From the NCBI GenBank assembly GCA_011526395.1, contig WTHW01000047.1:1-39870 (forward strand): 39,870 bases of DNA, written 5' to 3'. This DNA comes from Alphaproteobacteria bacterium (lineage in GTDB: Bacteria > Pseudomonadota > Alphaproteobacteria > Puniceispirillales > Puniceispirillaceae). The notes beneath the pieces are model-generated. The model worked only from the letters and a program-made list of their open reading frames with translations, had not been told where the DNA came from and did no database searches. The first letter of the stretch is position 1; every line of letters begins with the position of its first letter. Of this stretch, positions 20,281 through 29,632 are shown piece after piece. The position numbers were made by a program, and so were the translations under genes.

Positions 20281-22182
20281 TTAAGCTTGTTTTGATTGAT
20301 CTTCATCAACCTCTTCATATTCAGCGTCAACAACGCCTTCATCACTTGGACCAGCCTCACCAGCCGCTGCCTCAGCACCGCCTTGTGCTTGATAGGCCGC
20401 TTCGCCCATTTTCATCATGGCTTGGCTAACAGCTTCTGTCTTTGCTTTGATATCTTCGCTATCATCACCTTCAAGAGCTGTCTTCAGATCAGCCACAGCT
20501 GTTTCCACATCTGCTTTCAGCGCGCCGTCAGCTTGCTCACCTAAATCAGCAATTGCTTTTTCAGCGCCATGGACAATAGCTTCACCTTGATTGCGGATTT
20601 CCACCTGTTCGCGGCGCTTTTTATCTTCTTCCGCATTGGCTTCAGCATCTTTGACCATTTGTTCGATATCATCATCCTCAAGGCCGCCATTGGCTTTGAT
20701 TGAAATGGCCTGCTCTTTGCCAGTCGCTTTATCTTTGGCGCTCACTTTCACAATACCATTGGCATCAATATCAAATGTGACTTCAATTTGCGGTACACCG
20801 CGTGGTGCTGGCGCAATGCCTTCAAGATTAAATTGACCTAGCAATTTATTATCTTGCGCCATTTCACGCTCACCTTGGAAGACTGAAATCGTCACAGCAG
20901 GCTGATTATCATCAGCTGTTGAGAAGACTTGGCTTTTCTTTGTTGGGATTGTTGTGTTGCGATCAATCAATCTTGTAAAGACGCCGCCCAAAGTCTCAAT
21001 ACCCAATGATAATGGTGTCACATCAAGAAGAAGCACATCTTTCACATCGCCTGTGAGAACGCCAGCTTGGATAGCCGCACCAGAGGCAACAACTTCATCA
21101 GGATTCACACCACGATGTGGCTCTTTACCAAAGAAATTTTGTACTGTTTCCACAATCTTTGGCATACGTGTCATGCCGCCAACCATGATAACTTCATCAA
21201 TATCAGATGCTGAGATACCAGCATCTTTCAATGCTTTTTTACATGGCTCAAGTGAACGCTCAACTAACTTTGAGACAAGCTGTTCAAGCTTGGCACGTGT
21301 CATCTTCACATTCAAATGCTTTGGCCCTGTGGCATCAGCTGTGATAAATGGCAGATTCACATCTGTCTGCATAGCTGATGATAATTCAATCTTTGCCTTT
21401 TCAGCAGCTTCTTTTAGACGCTGAAGTGCAAGCTTATCACCACGAAGGTCAATCTGATTTTCTGATTTGAACTCATCTGCTAGGAAATCAATGATGGCTT
21501 GGTCGAAATCTTCACCACCTAGGAAGGTATCACCATTTGTTGATTTCACTTCAAAGACGCCGTCACCAACTTCAAGAACAGACACATCAAACGTACCACC
21601 ACCAAGGTCATATACGACAATCATGCCTGATTCATTACGGTCAAGACCATAAGCAAGCGCCGCTGCTGTTGGCTCGTTAATAATACGAAGCACTTCTAGG
21701 CCTGCAATCTTGCCAGCATCTTTTGTTGCTTGGCGCTGTGCGTCATTGAAATAAGCTGGGACAGTGATCACAGCCTTATCAACGCTTTCACCCAAATAAG
21801 CTTCTGCATCTTCTTTCAATTTGCGCAGAATGAAGCTTGAAATTTGGCTAGGTGAGTAATCTTCGCCTTTTGCTTCAATCCAAGCATCACCATTTTTAGC
21901 TGCCTTTACAGCATATGGCACAAGCTCAGAAAACGAATTAGTTGCTTTATCATCAGCGCGTCTGCCGATCAGGCGCTTCACAGCAAAAATTGTATTTTCA
22001 GGGTTTGTCACTGCTTGGCGTTTTGCGGCTTGACCAACAAGACGCTCATCATCAGCGAAACCGACCATTGATGGTGTTGTGCGGCCACCTTCTGAATTTT
22101 CAATCACACGGGCTTCACTGCCATCCATGACAGCCACACATGAATTTGTTGTGCCCAAATCAATGCCAATAACACGTCCCAT
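20281..22182 (-). CDS. dnaK: Molecular chaperone DnaK (Hsp70)
   Basis: GIDLGTTNS and [10 protein letters not shown] motifs, 633 aa. An AAGGAAAGGAAG Shine-Dalgarno region lies upstream. Confidence 0.98.
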   Translation of the reverse strand: MGRVIGIDLGTTNSCVAVMDGSEARVIENSEGGRTTPSMVGFADDERLVGQAAKRQAVTNPENTIFAVKRLIGRRADDKATNSFSELVPYAVKAAKNGDAWIEAKGEDYSPSQISSFILRKLKEDAEAYLGESVDKAVITVPAYFNDAQRQATKDAGKIAGLEVLRIINEPTAAALAYGLDRNESGMIVVYDLGGGTFDVSVLEVGDGVFEVKSTNGDTFLGGEDFDQAIIDFLADEFKSENQIDLRGDKLALQRLKEAAEKAKIELSSAMQTDVNLPFITADATGPKHLNVKMTRAKLEQLVSKLVERSLEPCKKALKDAGISASDIDEVIMVGGMTRMPKIVETVQNFFGKEPHRGVNPDEVVASGAAIQAGVLTGDVKDVLLLDVTPLSLGIETLGGVFTRLIDRNTTIPTKKSQVFSTADDNQPAVTISVFQGEREMAQDNKLLGQFNLEGIAPAPRGVPQIEVTFDIDANGIVKVSAKDKATGKEQAISIKANGGLEDDDIEQMVKDAEANAEEDKKRREQVEIRNQGEAIVHGAEKAIADLGEQADGALKADVETAVADLKTALEGDDSEDIKAKTEAVSQAMMKMGEAAYQAQGGAEAAAGEAGPSDEGVVDAEYEEVDEDQSKQA

Positions 22183-22301
22183 AATAATCTTCCTTTCCTT
22201 AACACCGCTTCGTATCTGATAGGGCTTTTATCCTTGCCTCTATCTATTTTGCCGAAGGGCTTTAAACATCAACTTTTGTCTTTTATTCCCTCTTACCTCG
22301 C

Positions 22302-22335
22302 ATATAAGCACTGTTTTTGTTCATACAAGAGGCAG
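22302..22335 (-). promoter_or_regulatory. Putative sigma-32 (RpoH) heat-shock promoter of dnaK
   Basis: The minus strand reads CTGCCTCTTGTA-N14-GCTTATAT. This equals CTTG-N17-CTTATAT, matching the alphaproteobacterial RpoH consensus CTTG-N17-CYTATNT. It lies about 120 nt upstream of the dnaK ATG. Confidence 0.55.
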
Positions 22336-22364
22336 AGTTATTTCTTGCTAGATTTTGTAATGAC

Positions 22365-22955
22365 CTAGCTGTCATCTTTGGCGGCTTTTGCAACGCCTAC
22401 CATGGCTGGCCGAATCAGCCTGTCATGCAGAACATAGCCTTGTTGTGCCACGGCAACGACCGTTCCCGGCTCTGCGTCATCTGTTGGCACTTCGAACATG
22501 GCCTGATGGTGATTATAATCAAACTTCTCACCTTCTGGATTGACCACATTCACGCCATGCTTTTCCATGATTTTTGTGATCTCTTGCACCGTCATTTCAA
22601 GACCGATCAGAATATTGCGATATGTCTCATCAAGCCCATCTCTGTCTTCTGGCGCGGTATCTAGGGCGCGTTGCATATTATCGAGTGGTGTTGTCAGGTC
22701 ACGAATAAAGCTCAAAGGGCCATATTTATTCGCCTGTTCAACATCACGCGCCGCGCGGCGTTTTACATTTTCCATCTCAGCGGCTGTGCGATAATACTGA
22801 TCCTTTAACTCATCACGCTCTTTTTCAAGCAGCTCTAAAGGTGATAATTCTTCTTCATCTTCTAGAATATCATCTTCTTCTTGCACCACTTCATCATCGA
22901 TGCGCTCATCAAGATTATCTTGCGACTTATCTTGGTCCTGTTTGTTTTGGCTCAT
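22365..22955 (-). CDS. grpE: Nucleotide exchange factor GrpE
   Basis: GrpE-family C-terminal half (FEVPTDDAEPGTVVAVAQQGYVLHDRLIRPAMVGV) and an acidic N-terminus. The ATG at 22955 has an AGGGG Shine-Dalgarno 7 nt upstream. The ORF is open to 23000 (GTG/ATG alternatives). Confidence 0.92.
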   Translation of the reverse strand: MSQNKQDQDKSQDNLDERIDDEVVQEEDDILEDEEELSPLELLEKERDELKDQYYRTAAEMENVKRRAARDVEQANKYGPLSFIRDLTTPLDNMQRALDTAPEDRDGLDETYRNILIGLEMTVQEITKIMEKHGVNVVNPEGEKFDYNHHQAMFEVPTDDAEPGTVVAVAQQGYVLHDRLIRPAMVGVAKAAKDDS

Positions 22956-23039
22956 CACTATGCCCCTTTTTGCGGCTCTTCTTTTATCAAAGCTCATCAC
23001 AACAGCACAAAATGATGCTGTTACGATGTGATGAGTGGC

Positions 23040-23072
23040 ATATGGGAGCTAATTTTTAAAATCCAAGAGGGG
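23040..23072 (-). promoter_or_regulatory. Putative sigma-32 (RpoH) heat-shock promoter of grpE
   Basis: The minus strand reads CTGCCCCTCTTGGA-N14-TCCCATAT, which resembles CCCTTGAA-N13-17-CCCCATNT. It has the same geometry and the same upstream CTGCC(C)CTCTTG as the dnaK element. Confidence 0.5.
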
Positions 23073-23179
23073 CAGATTGTTTTTTATAAAAAATTCAAAA
23101 ACATCGCCTTTGTTTACTTAAAATTAACGAAGCTATTTTTACGCTAGGATGATTGAGGAACATTTATGGTTATCATCTC

Positions 23180-23494
23180 ATGGCATCCAAAAAGACACCA
23201 TCACATGCTGATAAATCGACATTGGTGACCAATATCGAGGCCCTTCTCAAAGAAGCTGTGCAAGAGGATTTGATGCAATCCATTAACAGCCTTGTAGAAG
23301 CTCATATGGAGCGCTTGATGCAAGAAGAAGAGGTAAAAGCATCACAAAAAACCGCAGATAGCCAGACAGAAATCAGGCAAATCGTAACAGATTTTGTAAT
23401 TGAAATACTCGAAGAACAGGCACCTATCATTGTTGCAAAAACACTGAATGAGGCATTTCTAACACCCACAAACACGGCCCCAGATCCACAATAG
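23180..23494 (+). CDS. Small acidic helical protein, possibly PopZ-like (DUF2497-like); start uncertain
   Basis: 104-113 aa and Glu/Asp/Gln-rich. An N-terminal amphipathic segment (NIEALLKEAVQED) and a C-terminal segment (IRQIVTDFVIEILEEQAPIIVAKTLNEAF) resemble my recollection of Caulobacter PopZ (MEEILASIRRIISED and LEDVVRELLRPLLKEWLDQNLPRIVETKVEEEV). The in-frame ATG at 23180 has no Shine-Dalgarno, and the ORF is open from the TTG at 23153. Confidence 0.5.
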   Translation: MASKKTPSHADKSTLVTNIEALLKEAVQEDLMQSINSLVEAHMERLMQEEEVKASQKTADSQTEIRQIVTDFVIEILEEQAPIIVAKTLNEAFLTPTNTAPDPQ

Positions 23495-23500
23495 CCAGCC

Positions 23501-23977
23501 ATGTTATATACCTGTCCAAATTGTGAGGTCATCAGCACAATACCTGTCGAAGATGATACTTTACCAAATATGAACATCAAATGTGGTGATTGCGGTTTTG
23601 TCAGCTTATTTGAAAATCCCTCATTCTCTGACAAGACACATATATTTCATGAAATATCATGCGCTCATTGCCATAATCACATTTATCTCAGCGAGGGGGA
23701 TATCACATACTTATCAGCCTGCGACTTGCAATGCCCTCATTGCGAGCATGCTTTTCACCTGCCCCATCAGGCCCCTGTATCATCCTATGTCCTATTTGGG
23801 CGCCTCAGCCTTATTTTTTTATGCCTCATTGGGGGGTTATTTTTACTTTTTACCCCAGATGGCGCAGATATAATCAGCTATCTTGCCCAAAAATCAGGAC
23901 AAGCACATATCTTTTTTATGACATTTCGTGAGGCTTTTTTTGATATGCTCGCCTTCCTAAAAGGGCTTTTCTTATAG
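23501..23977 (+). CDS. Double zinc-ribbon (MJ0042-type CxxC) membrane protein, ZitP-like architecture
   Basis: The N-terminus MLYTCPNCEVISTIPVEDDTLPNMNIKCGDCGFV is a typical MJ0042-family zinc ribbon. A second Cys4 ribbon follows (CAHC...CPHC). Then comes one TM helix (LSLIFLCLIGGLFLLF). The gene starts 6 nt after the preceding ORF. Confidence 0.7.
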   Translation: MLYTCPNCEVISTIPVEDDTLPNMNIKCGDCGFVSLFENPSFSDKTHIFHEISCAHCHNHIYLSEGDITYLSACDLQCPHCEHAFHLPHQAPVSSYVLFGRLSLIFLCLIGGLFLLFTPDGADIISYLAQKSGQAHIFFMTFREAFFDMLAFLKGLFL

Positions 23978-24048
23978 ACGCGCGCTAAGTGATAGATTAC
24001 CAGTGTAGCTATGATATCATCATGTTACAGAAAGTGATTTGACCAAAA

Positions 24049-24786
24049 ATGAGCGCCGTTAAAAGACCATCAGGACGTGATACAGATACATTACGTACTT
24101 TTGAAATCATCCCAAATTTCACCAAACATGCCGAAGGCTCTTGTCTTGTCAAAGCTGGCGACACGCACGTGCTTATCACTGCAAGTGTGGATGAAAAAGT
24201 CCCTCCATTTTTGCGCGGCACAAATCAGGGCTGGGTGACAGCTGAATATGGTATGCTGCCTCGTTCAACACATTCACGCATGGATAGAGAAGCTGCAAGA
24301 GGCAGGCAATCTGGTCGCACATTGGAAATCCAGCGCCTGATTGGCCGTGCGCTTCGTGCGGTGGTGGATTTACGCGCTCTTGGCGAACGTCAGATAAAAA
24401 TTGACTGCGATGTTCTGCAAGCTGATGGCGGCACCAGAACTGCCTCTATCACAGGGGCATGGGTTGCCCTTGCCATTGCAATTGAATCATTGATGCAAAA
24501 AGGGCTGATTACAACCAATCCGCTGACCGACCAAGTGGCTGCCATTTCATGTGGCATTTATGAGGGCGTGCCTGTGCTCGATTTGGATTATGATGAAGAT
24601 AGCGCGGCAGAAACAGATGCTAATTTCGTGCTAACCTCGTCAGGTGGTATGGTTGAAATTCAAGGCACTGCAGAAAAAACACCTTTTTCCAGAGCTGAAT
24701 TATTATCACTGCTAGATTTAGCAGATGGGGGTTGTAAAACCTTATTTCAAATCCAGCTTGATGCCTTTAACAAGGCACGGGGATAA
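24049..24786 (+). CDS. rph: Ribonuclease PH
   Basis: RPSGR...[13 protein letters not shown]...[16 protein letters not shown] motifs, 245 aa. Confidence 0.96.
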   Translation: MSAVKRPSGRDTDTLRTFEIIPNFTKHAEGSCLVKAGDTHVLITASVDEKVPPFLRGTNQGWVTAEYGMLPRSTHSRMDREAARGRQSGRTLEIQRLIGRALRAVVDLRALGERQIKIDCDVLQADGGTRTASITGAWVALAIAIESLMQKGLITTNPLTDQVAAISCGIYEGVPVLDLDYDEDSAAETDANFVLTSSGGMVEIQGTAEKTPFSRAELLSLLDLADGGCKTLFQIQLDAFNKARG

Positions 24787-24791
24787 AGATT

Positions 24792-25406
24792 ATGCAATTT
24801 AGTGCGCTTCGAGATCAAAAACTTATCATTGCAAGCCATAATAAAGGCAAAGTGCGCGAAATAGCTGATTTATTGGCTCCCTTTGGTCTAGATGTCATAT
24901 CTGCTGGTGAGTTAAATTTACCAGAGCCAGAAGAAACAGGCCTAACCTATATCGAAAATGCAGAACTAAAGGCGCTTGCCGCTGCTAAGGCCGCCAATTT
25001 ACCAGCGCTTGCAGATGATTCAGGTCTCTCTGTGAATGCACTTGGCGGCGCGCCCGGTATTTATTCTGCAAGATGGGCTGGATCAGATAAAGATTTCGAC
25101 CATGCGATGAGGCGTGTGGCAGATGCGTTATTGCTATCAGGCACCACAGATAGAACAGCTGAATTTGTCTGTGCCTTAACACTAGCTTGGCCAGATGGTA
25201 AGAAACTATCTTTTGAAGGGCGCGTTGCTGGCACAATCGTCTGGCCTGCGCGCGGTGACAAAGGCTTTGGATATGATCCTATCTTTGTCCCAACAGGCCA
25301 TACCATCACTTTTGGCGAGATGGACCCTGACAAAAAACATGCAATGAGCCACCGTGCTATTGCATTTGATAAATTGGTATCACATTTAAAATCTGAAATG
25401 ACGTAA
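24792..25406 (+). CDS. rdgB: dITP/XTP pyrophosphatase (Ham1/RdgB family)
   Basis: [18 protein letters not shown]...[10 protein letters not shown] and FGYDPIF motifs. It belongs to the conserved rph-rdgB-hemW order. Confidence 0.93.
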   Translation: MQFSALRDQKLIIASHNKGKVREIADLLAPFGLDVISAGELNLPEPEETGLTYIENAELKALAAAKAANLPALADDSGLSVNALGGAPGIYSARWAGSDKDFDHAMRRVADALLLSGTTDRTAEFVCALTLAWPDGKKLSFEGRVAGTIVWPARGDKGFGYDPIFVPTGHTITFGEMDPDKKHAMSHRAIAFDKLVSHLKSEMT

Positions 25407-26578
25407 TGCCAAACTCATCTCAACTAGGTCTGTATATCCATTGGCCCTTTTGCCTATCAAAATGCCCTTATTGTGATTTTAATTCACATGTCGCATCAGA
25501 CATAGATGAGGAAGCATGGCACAAAGCGCTCGTCACAGAATTACATCATATGGCAGAGTTATCAGATCACTCTGCCTATGGCAGGCGCCCTTTATCATCT
25601 GTATTTTTTGGCGGTGGCACACCGTCTTTAATGCCCACAAAAATCATGTCATCTCTTATCACAGAGGCTGAAAAATTATTCGGCTTTATGGCTGATATTG
25701 AAATCACAGCTGAAGCAAATCCTACCTCAGTTGAGACAGCAAAATTACAAGGATTTCAGCAAGCTGGCGTGAACCGCGTATCACTTGGCGTTCAATCTCT
25801 TGATGATACAGCGCTCTCATTTCTAGGGCGTGGTCATTCTGCCAATGAAGCGATTAAGGCGCTTGAGCTTTCACGAGACCTTTTTGACAGGGTTTCAATT
25901 GATTTAATCTATGGCCTGAAAGACCAAAGCGTTGCTGATTGGGAAGGCCAATTATCAAAGGCCTTATCTTTTGATCTGGACCATCTGTCTTTATATCAAC
26001 TGACTATCGAGCCTGGCACGCAATTCTATAGCCGCGCCCGAAAAGGTGAGGTGTTAAATCTTGATGATGATGCCATGGCAGATTTGTATCTTATTACTGA
26101 GACTCAAACAGCTGCGCATGGCCTTTTCAATTATGAAGTCTCAAACTATGCACGAAGCGGCGCGCAATCACGCCATAATTTGCTTTATTGGCGGTGCCAA
26201 GATTGGCTTGGCATTGGACCCGGCGCACATGGCAGATTAACACAAATAAATGGCCGCAGAGAAACAGTAACAAGACGCTCACCGCAAGGCTGGCTGACCC
26301 AAATAAAAGATAAAGGTCACGGCGTATCAGAGAGTGTGGTTGATGATCAAGAAGCGATTTGTGAGGAAATCTTAATGATGGGATTGCGCCTATCTGAAGG
26401 TGTGCCTCTATCACGACTCTCTCAGCTAGCTGGCACATCAGACTGGCCATTTACAAGTCAGCAAATCGAGCCTTTGATATCAGAAGCCTGGTTATCTTTA
26501 GAAAATGACCAGCTGATCGCTAATTTTGAAGGACGGCTTCGTCTGAATTATATGCTTCAGGCGCTTTTGGCATCATAG
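25406..26578 (+). CDS. hemW: Radical SAM heme chaperone HemW (HemN-like, oxygen-independent coproporphyrinogen oxidase family)
   Basis: LYIHWPFCLSKCPYCDFN radical-SAM CxxxCxxC motif, 390 aa. Its start overlaps the rdgB stop (TAATG). Confidence 0.9.
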   Translation: MPNSSQLGLYIHWPFCLSKCPYCDFNSHVASDIDEEAWHKALVTELHHMAELSDHSAYGRRPLSSVFFGGGTPSLMPTKIMSSLITEAEKLFGFMADIEITAEANPTSVETAKLQGFQQAGVNRVSLGVQSLDDTALSFLGRGHSANEAIKALELSRDLFDRVSIDLIYGLKDQSVADWEGQLSKALSFDLDHLSLYQLTIEPGTQFYSRARKGEVLNLDDDAMADLYLITETQTAAHGLFNYEVSNYARSGAQSRHNLLYWRCQDWLGIGPGAHGRLTQINGRRETVTRRSPQGWLTQIKDKGHGVSESVVDDQEAICEEILMMGLRLSEGVPLSRLSQLAGTSDWPFTSQQIEPLISEAWLSLENDQLIANFEGRLRLNYMLQALLAS

Positions 26579-28148
26579 TAACTGGCACCAGCTTGCCATC
26601 TTGTACTTGGAATAGCCTATAATCACGATGATTCAGGCCATTTGCAAGCAATCGGAAAGAGCCTGTATATCCCTTAAATCCAGACTCTTTGACAAGTTGC
26701 GAGATAATCGGCAACTGCAATGATTGTGTTTCATTATCTGTTACAGCACTTGCTTTATCCGAAGCTGATGCCGCAACTGCAAACGCATCAAAGCCAAGCT
26801 GGCTTAAGAAAGACCCCGCTGAAGAAGAGCCTCGGATTTTATAAAGCTCATCATATCGTTTTGCAAAATTGGCACGCAAATCAGGTGACAGGGTTGAAAG
26901 ATAAGCCCCTTGCAAGGACGGCTCTGCCAGCAAGCCAGCATTTGCCCATAAATCTGTGCCAAGATAATTCACTCTATCAGGCCCCAAATCATAATAAGAT
27001 AATAATGGCGCAACCTTTAAGACAAAATTGGCACCACCAGCTATCACAACACTATCATAAGGAGGTGGTATATCTTCAACCAGCTGACCATCTTCTAAGG
27101 GCTGATAGCGTGTAAATCTCTTTAGCTGTGATACGAGGGTTTCATCATCAGCACCAACTGTCCCATCAACCACCATCACACTTGCCGGGCTTATCCCAAA
27201 TTCTTGCAATCTCTTCACAGCATGAGATGTGACCATAGCGCCATAAGCAGATTGATCTGATAATATTGCAATCTCATCATGACCATTCAGGATAGATTCT
27301 GCTAAAACCTTATCAATTTGTTGTTCTGGCAACAGCCCTAGAACCCACAATCCGGGCGATGCAATCGCACGGTTATTTGATAATGATAAAACAGGTATCA
27401 TATCTGCTGATAAATAAGGCGCGATATCTTTCGCATTATCGCTGAATAACGGGCCGATTGCGATGTCTATTTGCGTTTTGATAGCTTGCTGTGCCAAGGA
27501 GCCTAACGCATCTGTGCTGCTTGTATCAAAATATAAAACCTCAATTTCAGGGTCGTTTATTTGGAACATTGCTAGCTCTAGGCCATCTGCGACTTGATTG
27601 CCATAAATGGCGCGCTCACCTGATAAAGGCACAAATACACCAATGCGCCTTTGCCCAGCTGCTTTTTCTGGAATCTCATAGCGTTGTGGTAAGGGGGCGT
27701 CTTTTGGGGCGCGCAGCATCGCAAATGCCGCATCAAGAGCCGCTTCTTCAAGCGAAGGATCGCGCCCTTCTGGTATTAATTCTTCGAAACTAAGCGTCTG
27801 AGTTTCGACCTTTGTTTGATTGTCGCCTTTTTCCAACTCCCAAATAATAGACGCAATCACATCATCTGTTGCATTATCAGCTGTTTTTTCTGCTTCAGCC
27901 TTTTCTTTTGCCTCTTCACGTGCTTTGACCACTGAATCAATTTCCGCAATCAGGCTTTCATTTGTTGTGGCAGTGGTCTTGTCTGTTGATGTTTGGGTCA
28001 GGCTCTGATTATCTGCCTCTGCTGTCACCTCTTGTGATTTTGGCGCCAGCACTGTTTCTTTTACAGGCGCTTTTACGGGCACCTCAACAGGTGCACAGCT
28101 TGCCAAAAACAAGGCACCGCACAAAATAGGCCACGTGAATTTACGCAT
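26520..28148 (-). CDS. LpoA/LppC-family penicillin-binding protein activator-like lipoprotein
   Basis: Lipoprotein signal MRKFTWPILCGALFLASC and a low-complexity linker. A periplasmic-binding-protein-like domain begins RIGVFVPLSGERAIYGNQVADGLELA, similar to the E. coli LpoA C-domain. It is divergent from rsmI, as in E. coli. The ORF is open to 28226, and 28148 was chosen from the signal peptide. Confidence 0.72.
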   Translation of the reverse strand: MRKFTWPILCGALFLASCAPVEVPVKAPVKETVLAPKSQEVTAEADNQSLTQTSTDKTTATTNESLIAEIDSVVKAREEAKEKAEAEKTADNATDDVIASIIWELEKGDNQTKVETQTLSFEELIPEGRDPSLEEAALDAAFAMLRAPKDAPLPQRYEIPEKAAGQRRIGVFVPLSGERAIYGNQVADGLELAMFQINDPEIEVLYFDTSSTDALGSLAQQAIKTQIDIAIGPLFSDNAKDIAPYLSADMIPVLSLSNNRAIASPGLWVLGLLPEQQIDKVLAESILNGHDEIAILSDQSAYGAMVTSHAVKRLQEFGISPASVMVVDGTVGADDETLVSQLKRFTRYQPLEDGQLVEDIPPPYDSVVIAGGANFVLKVAPLLSYYDLGPDRVNYLGTDLWANAGLLAEPSLQGAYLSTLSPDLRANFAKRYDELYKIRGSSSAGSFLSQLGFDAFAVAASASDKASAVTDNETQSLQLPIISQLVKESGFKGYTGSFRLLANGLNHRDYRLFQVQDGKLVPVTMMPKAPEAYNSDEAVLQN

Positions 28149-28303
28149 TGCAAAGATATGAAAAGAGTTGTTCATCATGACAACACTATAATCAAGCACA
28201 GCCGCGCTGTTAACTCTTGATTTCATTTAGATGATATCATGATGGTTGCTTCTATGATAAGCTTAACCAAACCTGACAAATCTATCTCTATTTTTGCAAA
28301 ATT

Positions 28304-29134
28304 ATGCTGACCCTTATCACAACACCCATTGGCAATCTTAGCGATATATCAGAGCGCGCCATCACAGCCATTGCTGATGCTGATTTAATCGCTTGTGAAG
28401 ATACACGAACCACAACTAAGCTCATCTCTCTTCTCAATATTAAAACAAATGCCACTTTGATATCTTATCATGATCATAATGGTGAGGTGATGCGTCCACG
28501 TATCATGTCTGCTCTTGAAAAGGGACTAAAAGTGGGGCTTGTCAGTGATGCTGGTACACCTTTGATTTCAGATCCTGGCTTTAAGCTAGTGCGTGAGGCA
28601 AGACAACGTAACTTTTCTGTCACAGCAACAGCTGGTGCTTGTGCGCCTGTATTGGCACTCATCTTGTCAGGCCTGCCAACAGATCGTTTTCTATTTCATG
28701 GCTTCCTGCCAGACAAGCAGAAATCAGTCACAAAATTACTAGAAGAATGCCGCCATATTTCAGTGACATCTTTATTTTTTGTCAGCCCGAGCCAGCTATC
28801 AGCCAACCTTCAGCAGATATTTGATATTTGGGGCGAGCGTGACGCAGCCTTAGTGCGCGAAATCACAAAATTACATGAAGAGGTGATATCGCTGCCTCTA
28901 TCAGAGATGATCTCGCATTTCAAAGAGGCACCGCGCCCAAAAGGAGAATTTGTTCTCGTCATCGCGCCGCCAAAAGTGCAAGTAGAATATAGTGATGATG
29001 ATATCGCTGAGTTATTGCGTGAACGCATGACAGATTTATCTGTAAAAGATGCTGTGGCAGAGGTAGCAAGCCTGACTGCCAAACCGCGAAAAGCTGTCTA
29101 TCAAATGGCACTTGCCTTAACCAAGACACCATAA
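28304..29134 (+). CDS. rsmI: 16S rRNA (cytidine1402-2'-O)-methyltransferase
   Basis: TPIGNLSDIS and CEDTR motifs of the tetrapyrrole-methylase-fold RsmI, 276 aa. Confidence 0.93.
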   Translation: MLTLITTPIGNLSDISERAITAIADADLIACEDTRTTTKLISLLNIKTNATLISYHDHNGEVMRPRIMSALEKGLKVGLVSDAGTPLISDPGFKLVREARQRNFSVTATAGACAPVLALILSGLPTDRFLFHGFLPDKQKSVTKLLEECRHISVTSLFFVSPSQLSANLQQIFDIWGERDAALVREITKLHEEVISLPLSEMISHFKEAPRPKGEFVLVIAPPKVQVEYSDDDIAELLRERMTDLSVKDAVAEVASLTAKPRKAVYQMALALTKTP

Positions 29135-29145
29135 GCGTAAAAGAC

Positions 29146-29532
29146 ATGGGTAAGCGCACCAATCACATCAGGCAAAAAAGCGCTTACCGTTCAGCAGAAC
29201 GCGCAGGGAAACTTGCAGAATTACTAATATATCTATATTTCGCATGCCGCGGCTGGCGCTTGGTGAAATGGCGATATAAAACCCCGTTTGGCGAGATTGA
29301 TCTCATCCTCCAAAGAAAACAGCATATGCGCTTTTTGGAAGTGAAATATCGTACCAAATTCATATCCAGCGATAATCCTGTCACCTCACAACAATTACAA
29401 CGGCTATCAAGGGCGGCTCATTTCGCACATATGAAATTAACAAGCCCCCATCATACCAGCTGTCAATTTGATGTGATTGTCTTAACAAGGCGCGGCAAAT
29501 TACATCATTTTGAAAATCATGTTTTTTTCTAG
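29146..29532 (+). CDS. yraN: YraN-family (UPF0102) predicted endonuclease
   Basis: 128 aa with the FGEIDLI...LRFLEVKYR motif typical of UPF0102. It sits downstream of rsmI. Confidence 0.85.
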   Translation: MGKRTNHIRQKSAYRSAERAGKLAELLIYLYFACRGWRLVKWRYKTPFGEIDLILQRKQHMRFLEVKYRTKFISSDNPVTSQQLQRLSRAAHFAHMKLTSPHHTSCQFDVIVLTRRGKLHHFENHVFF

Positions 29533-29632
29533 GGGCTTTTATACCACTTGCAAAAGCGGCTTGTGACAAATCTGTAAAATAGGGTATGACTATTACATCA
29601 CTAAATGGCACGGCAAATAAGGAAATAGTTTC

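Noticed and set aside
20296-22130. Series of plus-strand ORFs (82, 81, 156, 61 and 62 aa) antisense to dnaK
   Set aside because: Long antisense frames are a well-known compositional by-product of hsp70 codon usage. The translations are Ser/Pro/Thr-rich low-complexity sequence with no start signals.
22183-23152. Search for a CIRCE operator (TTAGCACTC-N9-GAGTGCTAA) in the dnaK and grpE leaders
   Set aside because: I found no match or near-match on either strand by eye. Only sigma-32-like motifs are present. A formal pattern search should confirm this.
28231-28240. Perfect 10-bp palindrome ATGATATCAT in the divergent lpoA-like/rsmI promoter region, a possible operator
   Set aside because: It is short and AT-rich, so it is expected by chance in AT-rich intergenic DNA. 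There is no second copy and no cognate regulator nearby.
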